Assembly: GCA_963805625.1 (NCBI GenBank)
Contig: CAWDVE010000017.1
Location: 96,001-160,000 of the forward strand
Direction: 5' to 3'
DNA from: an uncultured Candidatus Rokubacteria bacterium
GTDB taxonomy: Bacteria > Methylomirabilota > Methylomirabilia > Rokubacteriales > DASRDR01
Length of the DNA: 64,000 nucleotides
Shown here: positions 24,545 to 34,540 of the stretch, piece after piece
How positions within the stretch are numbered: position 1 is the first letter of the stretch
How the letters are laid out: each line of letters starts with the position of its first letter
Translations under genes and position numbers: made by a program
The notes under the pieces: model-generated
Told to the model about the DNA's origin: nothing
The model's input: only the letters and a program-made list of their open reading frames with translations
Database searches by the model: none

Positions 24545-25768
24545 GTGCTGACCGCCGAGCTGGTGACCGTGTCGGCCGATCCTGCGGGAACGGGCGCTGA
24601 CGCGGCGCAGGCGGTCGGCCGCGTCCTCGAGCGCGCGGGGTGCCCCGTCCGTGCCCGCCGCGCCGTGCCTGCCGAGGAAGACGCGGTCGAGCGCGCGCTC
24701 CGCCAGGCTGCGGCCGAGGGCGGTTTCGTCGTGGCGGTGGGCGAGGGCGACGGCGCCGGGACACTCCGGCAGGCCCTCGCGCAGTGCCTTGGGAGCCGCC
24801 TCGTCCTGAGCAGTCGCGCCCTCGAGGCCCTCACGAGCGCCTACGCGGTGCGCGGGCAGGCCGTGCCCGGGCGGGCGGAACAGCTGGCCCTCGTGCCTCA
24901 GGGGGCAACGGTCCTTATCCCGGCTGAGGCCGGTGAGCCCGGGCTCCTCGCGGAGCTGGGGAGCACCGTGGTTCTCGTGCTGCCCGCCACCCCGGCGGCC
25001 GCCGTGGCGCTGGCACGGACTCACCTCCTCCCGCGACTCACGCAGGGGCCGGTCGTTCTGGTCCGGACGCTCCGGCTCGTCGGGCTCGACGTGGGTGCTG
25101 CGGAGGCCCAGCTCCAGGCGGCGCTTCGCGGCGCGGAGGGCGTGAGCGGCCACGTGGTCGACACCGGGGAGGAGTGCTGGGCGCGCGTCAGGCTCCGCGC
25201 GGACTCGCCGGTCCGGGCCGATGCGGCGTTCGCCGCGCTCGAGCCTGCTCTCCGCGGGGCCTTCGGCGCTGCCTGGTACGGTGTCGACGACGAGGCGCTC
25301 GAGGTCGTGGTCGGCCGCCTCCTCCGTGCGCGGGGCTTCACCGTCGCCCTCGCCGAGTCCTGCACCGGCGGCCTCGTGGGCCACCGGCTGACCCAGGTTG
25401 CCGGCAGCTCCGCCTACTTCGAGCGGGGGTTCGTCGTCTACTCGAACGAGGCGAAGCAGACGCTCCTGGGCGTGCCGGCGGCGATGCTGCGGGAGCACGG
25501 TGCGGTCTCGGCGGCCTGCGCCGAGGCGATGGCGCGCGGGGCGCGCGAGCGCGCGGGCACCGACATCGGGGTCTCCGTCACCGGGATCGCCGGCCCCGAC
25601 GGCGGCACGCCGACGAAGCCGGTCGGCACCGTGTTCGTCGGCCTCGCGGACCAGCAGGGCGCCGTCGTCGAGCGCTACCGCTTCGACCGCGACCGGGAAG
25701 GCAACAAGGCGCTCTCCGCCGTGCGGGCCCTGGATCTTCTCCGTCGCCGTTGTCTCGAGGCGACCTGA
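24545..25768 (+). CDS. cinA: CinA / nicotinamide-nucleotide amidase with degenerate N-terminal domain
   Basis: AESCTGG, GSSAYF, YSNEAK, GAVS, TGIAGPDGG..KPVGTV PncC motifs. Confidence 0.92.
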   Translation: MLTAELVTVSADPAGTGADAAQAVGRVLERAGCPVRARRAVPAEEDAVERALRQAAAEGGFVVAVGEGDGAGTLRQALAQCLGSRLVLSSRALEALTSAYAVRGQAVPGRAEQLALVPQGATVLIPAEAGEPGLLAELGSTVVLVLPATPAAAVALARTHLLPRLTQGPVVLVRTLRLVGLDVGAAEAQLQAALRGAEGVSGHVVDTGEECWARVRLRADSPVRADAAFAALEPALRGAFGAAWYGVDDEALEVVVGRLLRARGFTVALAESCTGGLVGHRLTQVAGSSAYFERGFVVYSNEAKQTLLGVPAAMLREHGAVSAACAEAMARGARERAGTDIGVSVTGIAGPDGGTPTKPVGTVFVGLADQQGAVVERYRFDRDREGNKALSAVRALDLLRRRCLEAT

Positions 25769-25919
25769 GCTGATCGCGCCTCCGCCCGCCCCCGGCGTCT
25801 CTCTCCGGTGTCATCCCGTATGCGCACGGTGCCGGCCCGGAATGCGGTGTCGCTGTCGTAGCCGCCTGAACGTGCCAGCACACCGCGTCCCCGTGGCCCA
25901 GAGGGCGATCCGCGGCTGG

Positions 25920-25935
25920 TGGCACCACGGTTGCT
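25920..25935 (+). promoter_or_regulatory. Sigma54 (-24/-12) promoter upstream of thpR
   Basis: TGGCAC-CACGG-TTGCT matches TGGCAC-N5-TTGCW, in a 219-bp intergenic gap. Confidence 0.65.
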
Positions 25936-25987
25936 CCGATCCTGAGGCGAATGGGAGCCAGCGAGCCCACGACGTGGGGATGCCTCG

Positions 25988-26572
25988 ATGAGCGAGGGGG
26001 CGGTCCGAAGTTTTGTAGCGGTGCTGTTGCCGGATCGCGTCCGGGCTGGTCTGGCTGCGGTGAGTGCGGAGCTTCGCGGACAGAGGCGGGGGCTCGCGTG
26101 GGTGCGGGCGGGCAATCTCCATCTCACGCTCCGGTTCCTGGGCGAGATCGAGCCGATGATGCTCGAGCCGGTCCGGGAGGCGGTGGCGGCCGCCGCGGCG
26201 GCCGTCCCGCCGTTCACGGTCAGTCTCGGGGGGCTCGGAGGCTTTCCGTCGGGGCGGGCGCTGCGGGTGCTGTGGGCCAGCGTTGCTGCCGGGGGCGAGG
26301 AGCTCGGGACGCTCTACGCCGCGCTCGAAGCCGCGCTGGTCGCGCGGGGCATGCCGAGGGAGAGCCGGCCTTTCCATCCCCACGTCACGCTCGCCCGGGC
26401 ACGGGATCCACGCGGAACTGGCGACCTGGCGAGCGTTCTGGGAGTGGGGCCCGCATTCGGCGAGGTCCGGGTGGGGGCGCTCCACCTGATGCGGTCGGAC
26501 CTCGGTCCGGGGGGGTCGAGATACAGCGTCCTGGCGGAGGCCCCCCTGGGCGATCCATCGGGGATCAAATGA
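25988..26572 (+). CDS. thpR: RNA 2',3'-cyclic phosphodiesterase (2H phosphoesterase)
   Basis: RSFVAV, HLTLRFLG and F.PHVTLAR dual HxT motifs; cinA-thpR-recA synteny. Confidence 0.93.
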   Translation: MSEGAVRSFVAVLLPDRVRAGLAAVSAELRGQRRGLAWVRAGNLHLTLRFLGEIEPMMLEPVREAVAAAAAAVPPFTVSLGGLGGFPSGRALRVLWASVAAGGEELGTLYAALEAALVARGMPRESRPFHPHVTLARARDPRGTGDLASVLGVGPAFGEVRVGALHLMRSDLGPGGSRYSVLAEAPLGDPSGIK

Positions 26573-26607
26573 CTGGTGACCCCAACATATGGCGTACTCA
26601 TCTTCTG

Positions 26608-26637
26608 TTGACATGTCGAGCGCGCCCCCTCTAGAAT
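26608..26637 (+). promoter_or_regulatory. recA sigma70 promoter
   Basis: TTGACA(26608-26613)-N18-TAGAAT(26632-26637). Confidence 0.72.
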
Positions 26638-26712
26638 GGCGCCGACATGCAGCGACACCCGCGACCAAGCCCGGCGACCCGGAAATCGCGCGGAGACGAA
26701 CGGAGGGACGTG

Positions 26713-27762
26713 ATGGCAGAGTCCAAGGCTGAATCTAAGTCCGAATCGAAGGCCGACAAGGACCGGCGGCAAGCGCTCGAGCTGGCCCTCTCCCAGATCG
26801 AGCGCCAGTTCGGCAAGGGCGCCGTGATGAAGCTCGGCGCGTCGGGCGCGCTCGAGGAGACGGCAGTCGTCCCGACCGGCGCGCTCACCATCGACGTGGC
26901 GCTCGGCATCGGCGGGATCCCCCGCGGGCGGGTCACGGAGATCTACGGGCCGGAGTCCTCCGGGAAGACCACGCTCGCCCTCCACGTGATCGCGGAGGCC
27001 CAGCGCTCGGGCGGCTACGCGGCGTTCGTCGACGCCGAGCACGCCCTCGACGCGGCCTACGCCAAGCGGCTCGGCGTGAACATCGACGAGCTCCTGATCT
27101 CGCAGCCCGACACGGGCGAGCAGGCGCTCGAGATCACCGAGCACCTGGTCCGCTCGGGCGCGATCGACGTCATCGTGATCGACTCCGTCGCGGCGCTCGT
27201 GCCGAAGGCCGAGCTCGAGGGCGAGATGGGAGAGTCGCTGCCCGGGCTCCAGGCGCGGCTCATGTCGCAGGCCCTCCGGAAGCTCACCGCCGCGATCGCG
27301 CGCTCCGGCACCGCCGTGATCTTCATCAACCAGATCCGCGAGAAGATCGGCGTCATGTTCGGTAGCCCCGAGACGACGTCGGGGGGCCGCGCGCTCAAGT
27401 TCTACGCCTCGATTCGCCTGGACATCCGACGGATGGACGCCCTCAAGCAGGGGACGGAATCGGTCGGCGTCCACACGAAGGTCAAGGTGGTGAAGAATAA
27501 GCTCGCGCCGCCATTCCGCGAGGCGGAGTTCGACGTGATGTACGGCGAGGGGATCTCTCGCGAGGCCAACGTGCTCGACCTCGCGGTGGAGCAGGGGATC
27601 GTCGAGAAGAGCGGCACGTGGTTCTCGTACCGCGACCAGCGGATCGGCCAGGGTCGGGACAACGCCCGGAAGTTCCTCAAGGAGAACCCGAAGATGCTGG
27701 CCGAGATGGAGACGGCGGTCCGCCACGCCGTTGGGCTCAAGCCCGTCGGGAACGGGGACTGA
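26713..27762 (+). CDS. recA: Recombinase A
   Basis: [44 protein letters not shown]; GGAGG SD. Confidence 0.99.
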   Translation: MAESKAESKSESKADKDRRQALELALSQIERQFGKGAVMKLGASGALEETAVVPTGALTIDVALGIGGIPRGRVTEIYGPESSGKTTLALHVIAEAQRSGGYAAFVDAEHALDAAYAKRLGVNIDELLISQPDTGEQALEITEHLVRSGAIDVIVIDSVAALVPKAELEGEMGESLPGLQARLMSQALRKLTAAIARSGTAVIFINQIREKIGVMFGSPETTSGGRALKFYASIRLDIRRMDALKQGTESVGVHTKVKVVKNKLAPPFREAEFDVMYGEGISREANVLDLAVEQGIVEKSGTWFSYRDQRIGQGRDNARKFLKENPKMLAEMETAVRHAVGLKPVGNGD

Positions 27763-27797
27763 CGGCCCGCGCCGGGTTACCGCTCGGAATCACTCCG

Positions 27798-28331
27798 GTG
27801 ACCGCGTTCCGGCGAGCTTCGCCGGCGGGGGCCCGGCTCGCGCTCGACGCGCATCGCGCGCGGACCGTGGCCCTCGACCTGCTCGCCCGGAAGCCCTGGA
27901 CGCGGCAGGAGCTCACGGGCCGTCTCCGCCGCCGGGGTGCGCCCCCCGACGTGGCCGAAGTCGTGGTGGCCGAGCTCGAGGCGCGCGGCTACGTGGACGA
28001 TCGCGCCTTCGCCGCCGCCTGGGCCGAGTCCCGGGCGCGGGGCCGATCGCTCGGGCGCCAGCGTCTGCGCGAGGAGCTCCTCGCGCGCGGCGTGGCGCGC
28101 CCCCTCGTGGAGGCCGCGATCGACCGCGCGTTCGAGGACACGAGTGAGCTGGCCCGGGCGCAGGTCGCCGCGGTGCGGCGTCTGGCGATCCTCCGGCGCC
28201 AGGCTCCCGACCAGGTCGCGCGACGGCTCCATGACTATCTCCGGCGCCGAGGGTATCCTGAGGACGTCGTGCGGCAAGTGCTCCGGGCGCTCTGTCGCGA
28301 CACCGTCCCGGAGGCGGCCGTCGAGGCGTAG
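27798..28331 (+). CDS. recX: Regulatory protein RecX
   Basis: LL.R...T..EL..RL, GYVDD..FA, EL..RGV, YL.RRGY; follows recA; start approximate. Confidence 0.88.
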   Translation: MTAFRRASPAGARLALDAHRARTVALDLLARKPWTRQELTGRLRRRGAPPDVAEVVVAELEARGYVDDRAFAAAWAESRARGRSLGRQRLREELLARGVARPLVEAAIDRAFEDTSELARAQVAAVRRLAILRRQAPDQVARRLHDYLRRRGYPEDVVRQVLRALCRDTVPEAAVEA

Positions 28332-28439
28332 CGAGGGAGGGACAGGGCTGGATCCTCGACCCGGCGGGCCTGCGTGACGGCGCTACCCGGGCGCGAGACG
28401 ACCGGGACGCGCGCATCCCCACCCACTCAGGAGGCGCTC

Positions 28440-28925
28440 ATGACCCCCGCGGAACGACAGAGCCTGATCGCGACGTACAAGGCGGGCTACGACGAAGTGG
28501 TGCGAGCGCTGGCGGGGATCGCCCCCGACGAGCGGGACTGGCGCCCCGCGCCGGGCGAGTGGAGCGCGCGCGAGGTCGTGCATCACCTCGCGGACAGCGA
28601 GACGATCTCCGGCATCCGGCTCCGGCGGCTCCTGATCGAGGACAACCCGGTCATCCAGGGCTACGACGAGGCCGACTACGCGCGTCGCTTCCGCTACCAG
28701 GAGCGCCCGTGGGAGCCTGCCCTCCGCGCGTTCGAGGCCGCCCGGGCGACGACGGCGCAGCTCCTCGAGTCCATGACGGACGCGGACTGGCGTCGCACGG
28801 GGACGCACTCGGAGAGTGGTGCGTACTCCACCGAGAAGTGGCTCCGCATCTACGCCGACCACGGCAATGTCCACGCCGACCAGATCCGGAAGAACCGGGC
28901 GGGCTGGGCGGCTCGGCCGCGCTGA
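28440..28925 (+). CDS. DinB/YfiT-like four-helix metal-binding protein
   Basis: WSAREVVHHLADSE, RLRRLL.EDNP, H...H..QI. Confidence 0.88.
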   Translation: MTPAERQSLIATYKAGYDEVVRALAGIAPDERDWRPAPGEWSAREVVHHLADSETISGIRLRRLLIEDNPVIQGYDEADYARRFRYQERPWEPALRAFEAARATTAQLLESMTDADWRRTGTHSESGAYSTEKWLRIYADHGNVHADQIRKNRAGWAARPR

Positions 28926-28927
28926 CC

Positions 28928-29479
28928 GTGTCGCGGGCTGACGCCGTGTCGGATGGTGGGCGGACCGAGCTGCTGGCGCGGTACCGGGCGGGCTACGGGG
29001 GGCTCCTCGCGGCGCTGGACGGGCTCACGCCCGACGAGCTCGACTGGCGGCCGAGCCCGGAGGCGTGGAGCGTGCGAGACGTGGTCCACCACCTGGAGGA
29101 CGCGGAGCTGACGGGGGCGGTCCGGCTGCGGCGCCTTCTCACGGAGGACGCGCCCTTCCTCCCGGCTTTCGACGGGGAGGTCTACCGCCAGCGTCTCGCG
29201 TACGCGGCGCGGCCCGTGGAGCCTGCCCTCGACGCCATCCGCGCGGCCCACGGGACGACGGCCGAGCTGCTCGACCGGCTGGCCGCGGACGACTGGGCGC
29301 GGGCGGGAACCCATAGCGAGGAAGGCCCGTACTCGCTCGCGCGCTGGCTCGCCTTCCACGCGGCCCACACGCACGAGCACGCCGCGCAGATCCGCCAGCT
29401 GCGCCTCGCCCGGGTCGGCGGCGCGCCACCGCCGGCCACGCCGTCCGGTGCCCACGGCGCCAGGACCGCGGCGCGCTGA
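28928..29479 (+). CDS. DinB/YfiT-like protein, tandem paralog
   Basis: WSVRDVVHHLED.E, RLRRLL.ED.P, GTHSE.G.YS, H..EH..QI; start approximate. Confidence 0.85.
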   Translation: MSRADAVSDGGRTELLARYRAGYGGLLAALDGLTPDELDWRPSPEAWSVRDVVHHLEDAELTGAVRLRRLLTEDAPFLPAFDGEVYRQRLAYAARPVEPALDAIRAAHGTTAELLDRLAADDWARAGTHSEEGPYSLARWLAFHAAHTHEHAAQIRQLRLARVGGAPPPATPSGAHGARTAAR

Positions 29480-29528
29480 GCGTCTCGGGCGCCCGCCTCC
29501 GGCGGGCCGCTCCCCCCGAAAGCCGCGC

Positions 29529-30824
29529 GTGACGAGCCCGGCCCGCCCCGCTCCGCGAGCGTGGCTCATGTGGGGCATCCCCGCCTTCCTGTTTCTCTTC
29601 GCCTTCTTCCACCGTGCCGCGCCGGGGGTGTTTGCCAAGGAGCTGATGCAGGACTTCGGCGCGACGGGCGCGATCATCGGCCTCCTCTCGGCCACCTACT
29701 TCTACGCCTACGCCGGCCTGATGATCCCGGCGGGCGTCCTCTTGGACCGGCTGGGCGTCCGGTGGGTGGTGGCCGCCGGCGGCCTGGTGATGGGGGCAGG
29801 GACGATTCTCATGGCGCTCGCGCCGGGCGCGGCCCTCTTGTTCACCGGTCGGTTCCTCGTCGGCGCCGGCGCCTCCGTCATGTTCGTCGGAGCGCTCAAG
29901 ATCGCGGCGGCCTGGTTTCCGCCCTCATACTTCGCCACGCTCTCCGCCGCGACGGCCGCGACGGGGGTGCTCGGCGGGCTGGTGGGCACAGCGCCGGTCG
30001 CCTGGCTTGCAACCCGTCTCGGTTGGCGCGGGGCGCTGGCGGCCGTCGGAATCGTCACGCTGGGCGGCGCCGGCCTCTGTCTGGCGCTCGTTCAGGACGA
30101 GCCTCCCGGGCATCGCGGCGCCGCGGTCCCGGCGCCGGGATGGGCCGCGGTCCTCGCGGGGCTGGGGCGGGTACTGGGCAATCCCCATACCTGGCCGCCC
30201 TTCCTCGCGTTCTTCTTCCTCTACTCGGCGGCGAACAACCTCTTCTTCTGGATCGTCCCCTGCCTCCGCGACCTTTACGGCCTCGGCATGACGGACGCGG
30301 GACTTTACGCCACCGCGACGTCCCTGGCGCTCCTCGTCGCCGGACCGCTGACCGGCTTCGTCTCCGACCGCGTGCTTCGCCGCCGGCGGCTCCCCTACAC
30401 GGTCCTGACGGCCGCGCAAGTCGTCGGCTGGCTCGTGTTCGTCCTCACGCTCGGCCGCCTGCCGTTGGGGGGGCTCTACGCGCTCCTGTTCGGGATGGGC
30501 CTGGTGGGAGCGGCGTTCGTGCTGACCTGGCCGCTCGGTCGCGAGGTCAACCCCCCCGAGCTCGCCGGCATCGCCGTGGCGGCCGTGAACCTCGGTGGGT
30601 TCGTCGGGGCCGCGCTGACGCAGGGTTTCCTCGGCTCCCTGCTCGACGCCCGCTGGGCCGGGGAGATGGTCGGGGGCGCGCGCGTCTACCCGGTCGAGGC
30701 GTACCGGGCGAGCTTCACGGCGTCCGCGATCCTGATCCTCTGCGCGCTCCTGGTCTCGCTCTTCCTTCGCGAGACCCGTGCCGGCAACGTCTACGCCGAT
30801 CCTCGGCGCCGGCCGGCCGGCTGA
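29529..30824 (+). CDS. MFS transporter
   Basis: About 12 hydrophobic segments, G.LLDRLGVR and GFVSDRV MFS loop motifs; start approximate. Confidence 0.9.
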   Translation: MTSPARPAPRAWLMWGIPAFLFLFAFFHRAAPGVFAKELMQDFGATGAIIGLLSATYFYAYAGLMIPAGVLLDRLGVRWVVAAGGLVMGAGTILMALAPGAALLFTGRFLVGAGASVMFVGALKIAAAWFPPSYFATLSAATAATGVLGGLVGTAPVAWLATRLGWRGALAAVGIVTLGGAGLCLALVQDEPPGHRGAAVPAPGWAAVLAGLGRVLGNPHTWPPFLAFFFLYSAANNLFFWIVPCLRDLYGLGMTDAGLYATATSLALLVAGPLTGFVSDRVLRRRRLPYTVLTAAQVVGWLVFVLTLGRLPLGGLYALLFGMGLVGAAFVLTWPLGREVNPPELAGIAVAAVNLGGFVGAALTQGFLGSLLDARWAGEMVGGARVYPVEAYRASFTASAILILCALLVSLFLRETRAGNVYADPRRRPAG

Positions 30825-31729
30825 GGGGCCCCCGGCGCCGCTTCGTTGGCGAGCGTCACGCGCGCGGCGTCGAGCTCCTTCATGCGGTCGGGCTCGACCC
30901 GCGGAAACGCGAGATCGAGGGAAGATAGAGCGTCGAGGATCGCCGAGACGACCACCAGGCGCGTGAACCATTTGTGGTCGGCGGGCACGACATACCAGGG
31001 GGCGTCGGGCGAGCTGGTGCGACGAATCACGTCCTCGTAGGCCGCCATGTACTCGTCCCAGTGGCGGCGCTCCCGGACGTCGGTGAGGGAGAACTTCCAG
31101 TTCTTCTCGGGCTCGTCGAGCCGCTCGAGGAAGCGCTGTCGCTGCTCCTCGCGGGACACGTGGAGAAAGAACTTCCGCACGACGACGCCGTTCCGGGTCA
31201 GGTAGCGCTCGAACGCGTTGATGTCCTCGTAGCGCTCTCGCCAGATGTCGCGGGTCATGAGCCTCGCCGGCAGACGCTGCCGGGCGAGCAGCTCGGGGTG
31301 GACCCGGACGACCAGCACCTCCTCGTAGTAGGAGCGGTTGAAGATGCCGATCCGGCCCCGCTCGGGGACGCGGCAGGTGGTGCGCCACATGAAGTCGTGG
31401 TCGAGCTCCTCGTCGGAGGGCGCCTTGAACGAGTAGACTTGGCACCCCTGTGGGTTCACCCCCGACATGACGTGCTTGATCGTGCTGTCCTTCCCGGCGG
31501 CGTCCATCGCCTGGAAGATCAGGAGGAGAGCCCACCGGTCCTGGGCGTAGAGCTTCTCCTGCAGCTCCGCGAGCAGCTCGATGTCTCGCTCGAGGCGGTC
31601 GCGGGCGCGCTTCTTGGAGTCGAATCGCCGCGTGTCCCTGGGGTCGATGGACGACAAGCGGAAACGGCGCCCGTCCGTGACCCGGAAGGGCCGGGCGAGG
31701 TCGCCGAGCTTGCCCCCAGACTTGCGCAT
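30791..31729 (-). CDS. ppk2: Polyphosphate kinase 2 family protein
   Basis: QAMDAAGKD, FKAPS.EE..HDF.WR, FNRSYYE, PWYVVPAD.KW; GGGAGG SD before ATG 31729. Confidence 0.95.
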   Translation of the reverse strand: MRKSGGKLGDLARPFRVTDGRRFRLSSIDPRDTRRFDSKKRARDRLERDIELLAELQEKLYAQDRWALLLIFQAMDAAGKDSTIKHVMSGVNPQGCQVYSFKAPSDEELDHDFMWRTTCRVPERGRIGIFNRSYYEEVLVVRVHPELLARQRLPARLMTRDIWRERYEDINAFERYLTRNGVVVRKFFLHVSREEQRQRFLERLDEPEKNWKFSLTDVRERRHWDEYMAAYEDVIRRTSSPDAPWYVVPADHKWFTRLVVVSAILDALSSLDLAFPRVEPDRMKELDAARVTLANEAAPGAPQPAGRRRGSA

Positions 31730-31834
31730 GAACGAGCCTCCCTTTCGTGCGGATCCGGGACCGAACCGGCGCGCGCGCCCGGGCGCCCGCCGGGCGCCGG
31801 GACCGCAGGGCGCCGATGGTATCATGAGGGTCCT

Positions 31835-34534
31835 ATGACCGGACACGAGCTCAGGGACAAGTTTCTCCGCTACTTCGAGCGGAATGGCCACACCATCGTT
31901 CGTTCGTCATCTCTCGTTCCCGCCAACGATCCGACGCTCCTGTTCACGAACGCCGGGATGGTCCAATTCAAGGCAGTCTTCCTCGGGGACGAGCGTCGCG
32001 AGTACGTCCGGGCCACGACCTGCCAGAAGTGCGTGCGGGCGGGCGGCAAGCACAACGATCTGGAGAACGTGGGGCGCACGGCCCGCCACCACACGTTCTT
32101 CGAGATGCTGGGAAACTTCTCCTTCGGCGACTACTTCAAGGCTGAGGCCGTCGCTTACGCCTGGGAATTCCTGACCCGCGACCTGGCCATTCCGGCCGGA
32201 CGGCTCTGCGCCACGGTCTTCACCGACGACGACGAGGCGTTCGAGCTCTGGAAGGCGCACGTTCCGCAGGACCGGATCCTGCGCCTGGGGGAGAAGGACA
32301 ACTTCTGGGCGATGGGGGACACCGGACCCTGCGGGCCCTGCTCGGAGGTCCACTTCCACCAGGGCGACCATCTCCCGTGCGCCGAAGAGGCGGCCGGGCG
32401 CCGGTGCCTCGGGCCCGCGTGCGAGTGCGACCGGTGGCTCGAGATCTGGAACCTCGTGTTCATGCAGTTCGACCGCGACGCCTCGGGCCGGCTCACGCCG
32501 CTCCCCAAGCCCTCGATCGACACCGGCATGGGCCTCGAGCGGATCGCCACCGTCGTCCTGGGAAAGTCCTCGAACTTCGACACGGATCTCCTCCGGCCGC
32601 TCATCGCCGACGTCGAGCGCCGGTGCGGGAAGGCTTACGGCGCCCGCGAGGACGATGACGTGTCGATGCGGGTGATCGCCGACCACGCGCGCGCGACGTC
32701 GTTCCTGATCGCGGACCAGGTCTCGCCCTCGAACGAGTGGCGGGGCTACGTGCTCCGGCGGATCATGCGGCGGGCGATGCGGCACGGGCGGCTCCTCGGT
32801 CTCGTGGAGCCCTTCCTCTGGCAGGTGACGGGCGCCGTCACGGAGCTGATGGGCGGCGTCTACCCGGAGCTCGTGGAGCAGCGGACCCGCGTCGCCGAAC
32901 TCACGCGTCTCGAGGAGGAGCGCTTCGCCGAGACGCTCGACCGAGGGCTGGAGCGCATCGCCGAGGAGGCGCAAGTCGCCGGGAGCTGGCCAGCCGCCGA
33001 CCAGGGATCGCGGCGCGTTCCGGGCAAGGTGCTCTTTACCCTCTACGACACGTACGGCTTCCCGGTCGACCTCGCCCAGGAGGTGCTCCAGGAGCGTGGC
33101 TTCATGGTGACGCCCGAAACCCAGGCCGAGTACGAGCAGGAGATGGAAACGCAGCGGGAGCGGGCCCGCGCGAGCGCGACCTTTGGCGCTGGCGACGTTG
33201 GCGGCGGGGCGGGGGATGAGAGCGCGGCGGTCTACCAGACGCTCTCGGCCGAGATCCCGAAGGCGGAATTCCTCGGCTACGAGGCGCTGACCGCGCCGGC
33301 TCGGATCCTCGCCATGGTCGCTGGTGGACGTCGCCGCCGCGAGGCGGTCGCGGGCGACGAGGTCGAGCTGATCCTCGATCGCACGCCGTTCTACGCGGAA
33401 TCGGGCGGCCAGATCGGCGACGCGGGCGTCATCACCGGCCGGCAGGGGCGCGGCGAGGTCGTCGACACGCAGTACCGGGGGGCGGGCCTGATCGCTCACC
33501 GGCTCCGTGTGGTGGATGGAGGCTTCCGTGAGGGCGAGGACGTGGCGGTCTCGGTCGAGTCGCCTCGCCGTCAGGGACTCCGGCTCCACCACACGGGCAC
33601 GCACCTTCTCCACGCGGCGCTCCGTAAGGTCCTCGGGACCCACGTGACGCAGGCGGGCTCTCTCGTGGCACCCGACCGCCTGCGCTTCGACTTCACCCAC
33701 ACCAAGCCGGTCAAGGATCGGGATCTGGAGCGGGTGGAGGACCTGGTCAACGAGGCGGTCCGGGAGAACATCACGGTCGACCCGTTCTGGACCGATCTCG
33801 ACGCCGCCCTGCGCATGGGCGCGATGGCCCTCTTCGGGGAGAAGTACGGCAACCACGTCCGCGTCATCCGGATCGGCGACTTCTCGACCGAGCTCTGCGG
33901 CGGGACGCACCTGGACGCCACCGGCCAGATCGGGCTGTTCAAGGTCACGACCGAGGGCGCCGTGGCCTCCGGCGTCCGCCGCCTCGAGGCGGTCACCGGG
34001 AGCGCGGCCCTCGCGCATGTCGGGCAGGAAGAGCAGGCGCTCCGCCAGGCGGCCGACCTCCTGCGCATCCCGCCGCTCGAGCTGCCGCGCCGCCTCCAGA
34101 AGCTCCTCGACGACCAGAAGGGCCTGGAGAAGCAGCTCGCCGCGCTGGAGACGCGCCTCGCGAAGGGCCGCGCCCGGGACCTTGTGGGCGGCGCCCGCGC
34201 GGTGGCTGGGATTCCCGTCGTCGTGGCGCGGCTTGACGGACTCGACGCGGAAGGTCTTCGCGCCGTCGTCGACTCGGTCCGGGAGCGGCTGCCCTCGGGC
34301 GTAACCTTCCTCGGGGCGGTCAGCGACGGCAAGGTCAACCTGGTCAGCGCCGTCACGAAGGACCTGACCGGCCGCGTCCACGCGGGCAAGCTGGTCCAAG
34401 AGGTCGCCAGAGCGGTGGGCGGCGGCGGGGGCGGCAGGCCCGACCTCGCCCAGGCGGGCGGGAAGAATCCCGCCGAGCTCGACCGAGCGCTGGCGGGTGT
34501 GTACGATCTCGTCGCGCGTGCTGCGGGCGGCTGA
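31835..34534 (+). CDS. alaS: Alanyl-tRNA synthetase
   Basis: LLFTNAGM.QFK, HHTFFEMLGNFSFGDYFK, HHTGTHLLH and ELCGGTH editing site, GGGG.P..AQAGG; TGgTATCAT 9 nt upstream. Confidence 0.98.
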   Translation: MTGHELRDKFLRYFERNGHTIVRSSSLVPANDPTLLFTNAGMVQFKAVFLGDERREYVRATTCQKCVRAGGKHNDLENVGRTARHHTFFEMLGNFSFGDYFKAEAVAYAWEFLTRDLAIPAGRLCATVFTDDDEAFELWKAHVPQDRILRLGEKDNFWAMGDTGPCGPCSEVHFHQGDHLPCAEEAAGRRCLGPACECDRWLEIWNLVFMQFDRDASGRLTPLPKPSIDTGMGLERIATVVLGKSSNFDTDLLRPLIADVERRCGKAYGAREDDDVSMRVIADHARATSFLIADQVSPSNEWRGYVLRRIMRRAMRHGRLLGLVEPFLWQVTGAVTELMGGVYPELVEQRTRVAELTRLEEERFAETLDRGLERIAEEAQVAGSWPAADQGSRRVPGKVLFTLYDTYGFPVDLAQEVLQERGFMVTPETQAEYEQEMETQRERARASATFGAGDVGGGAGDESAAVYQTLSAEIPKAEFLGYEALTAPARILAMVAGGRRRREAVAGDEVELILDRTPFYAESGGQIGDAGVITGRQGRGEVVDTQYRGAGLIAHRLRVVDGGFREGEDVAVSVESPRRQGLRLHHTGTHLLHAALRKVLGTHVTQAGSLVAPDRLRFDFTHTKPVKDRDLERVEDLVNEAVRENITVDPFWTDLDAALRMGAMALFGEKYGNHVRVIRIGDFSTELCGGTHLDATGQIGLFKVTTEGAVASGVRRLEAVTGSAALAHVGQEEQALRQAADLLRIPPLELPRRLQKLLDDQKGLEKQLAALETRLAKGRARDLVGGARAVAGIPVVVARLDGLDAEGLRAVVDSVRERLPSGVTFLGAVSDGKVNLVSAVTKDLTGRVHAGKLVQEVARAVGGGGGGRPDLAQAGGKNPAELDRALAGVYDLVARAAGG

Positions 34535-34540
34535 CGGGGC

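Noticed and set aside
26713-26760. RecA N-terminal AESK/SESK repeats
   Set aside because: Short, probably disordered extension with no evidence of function
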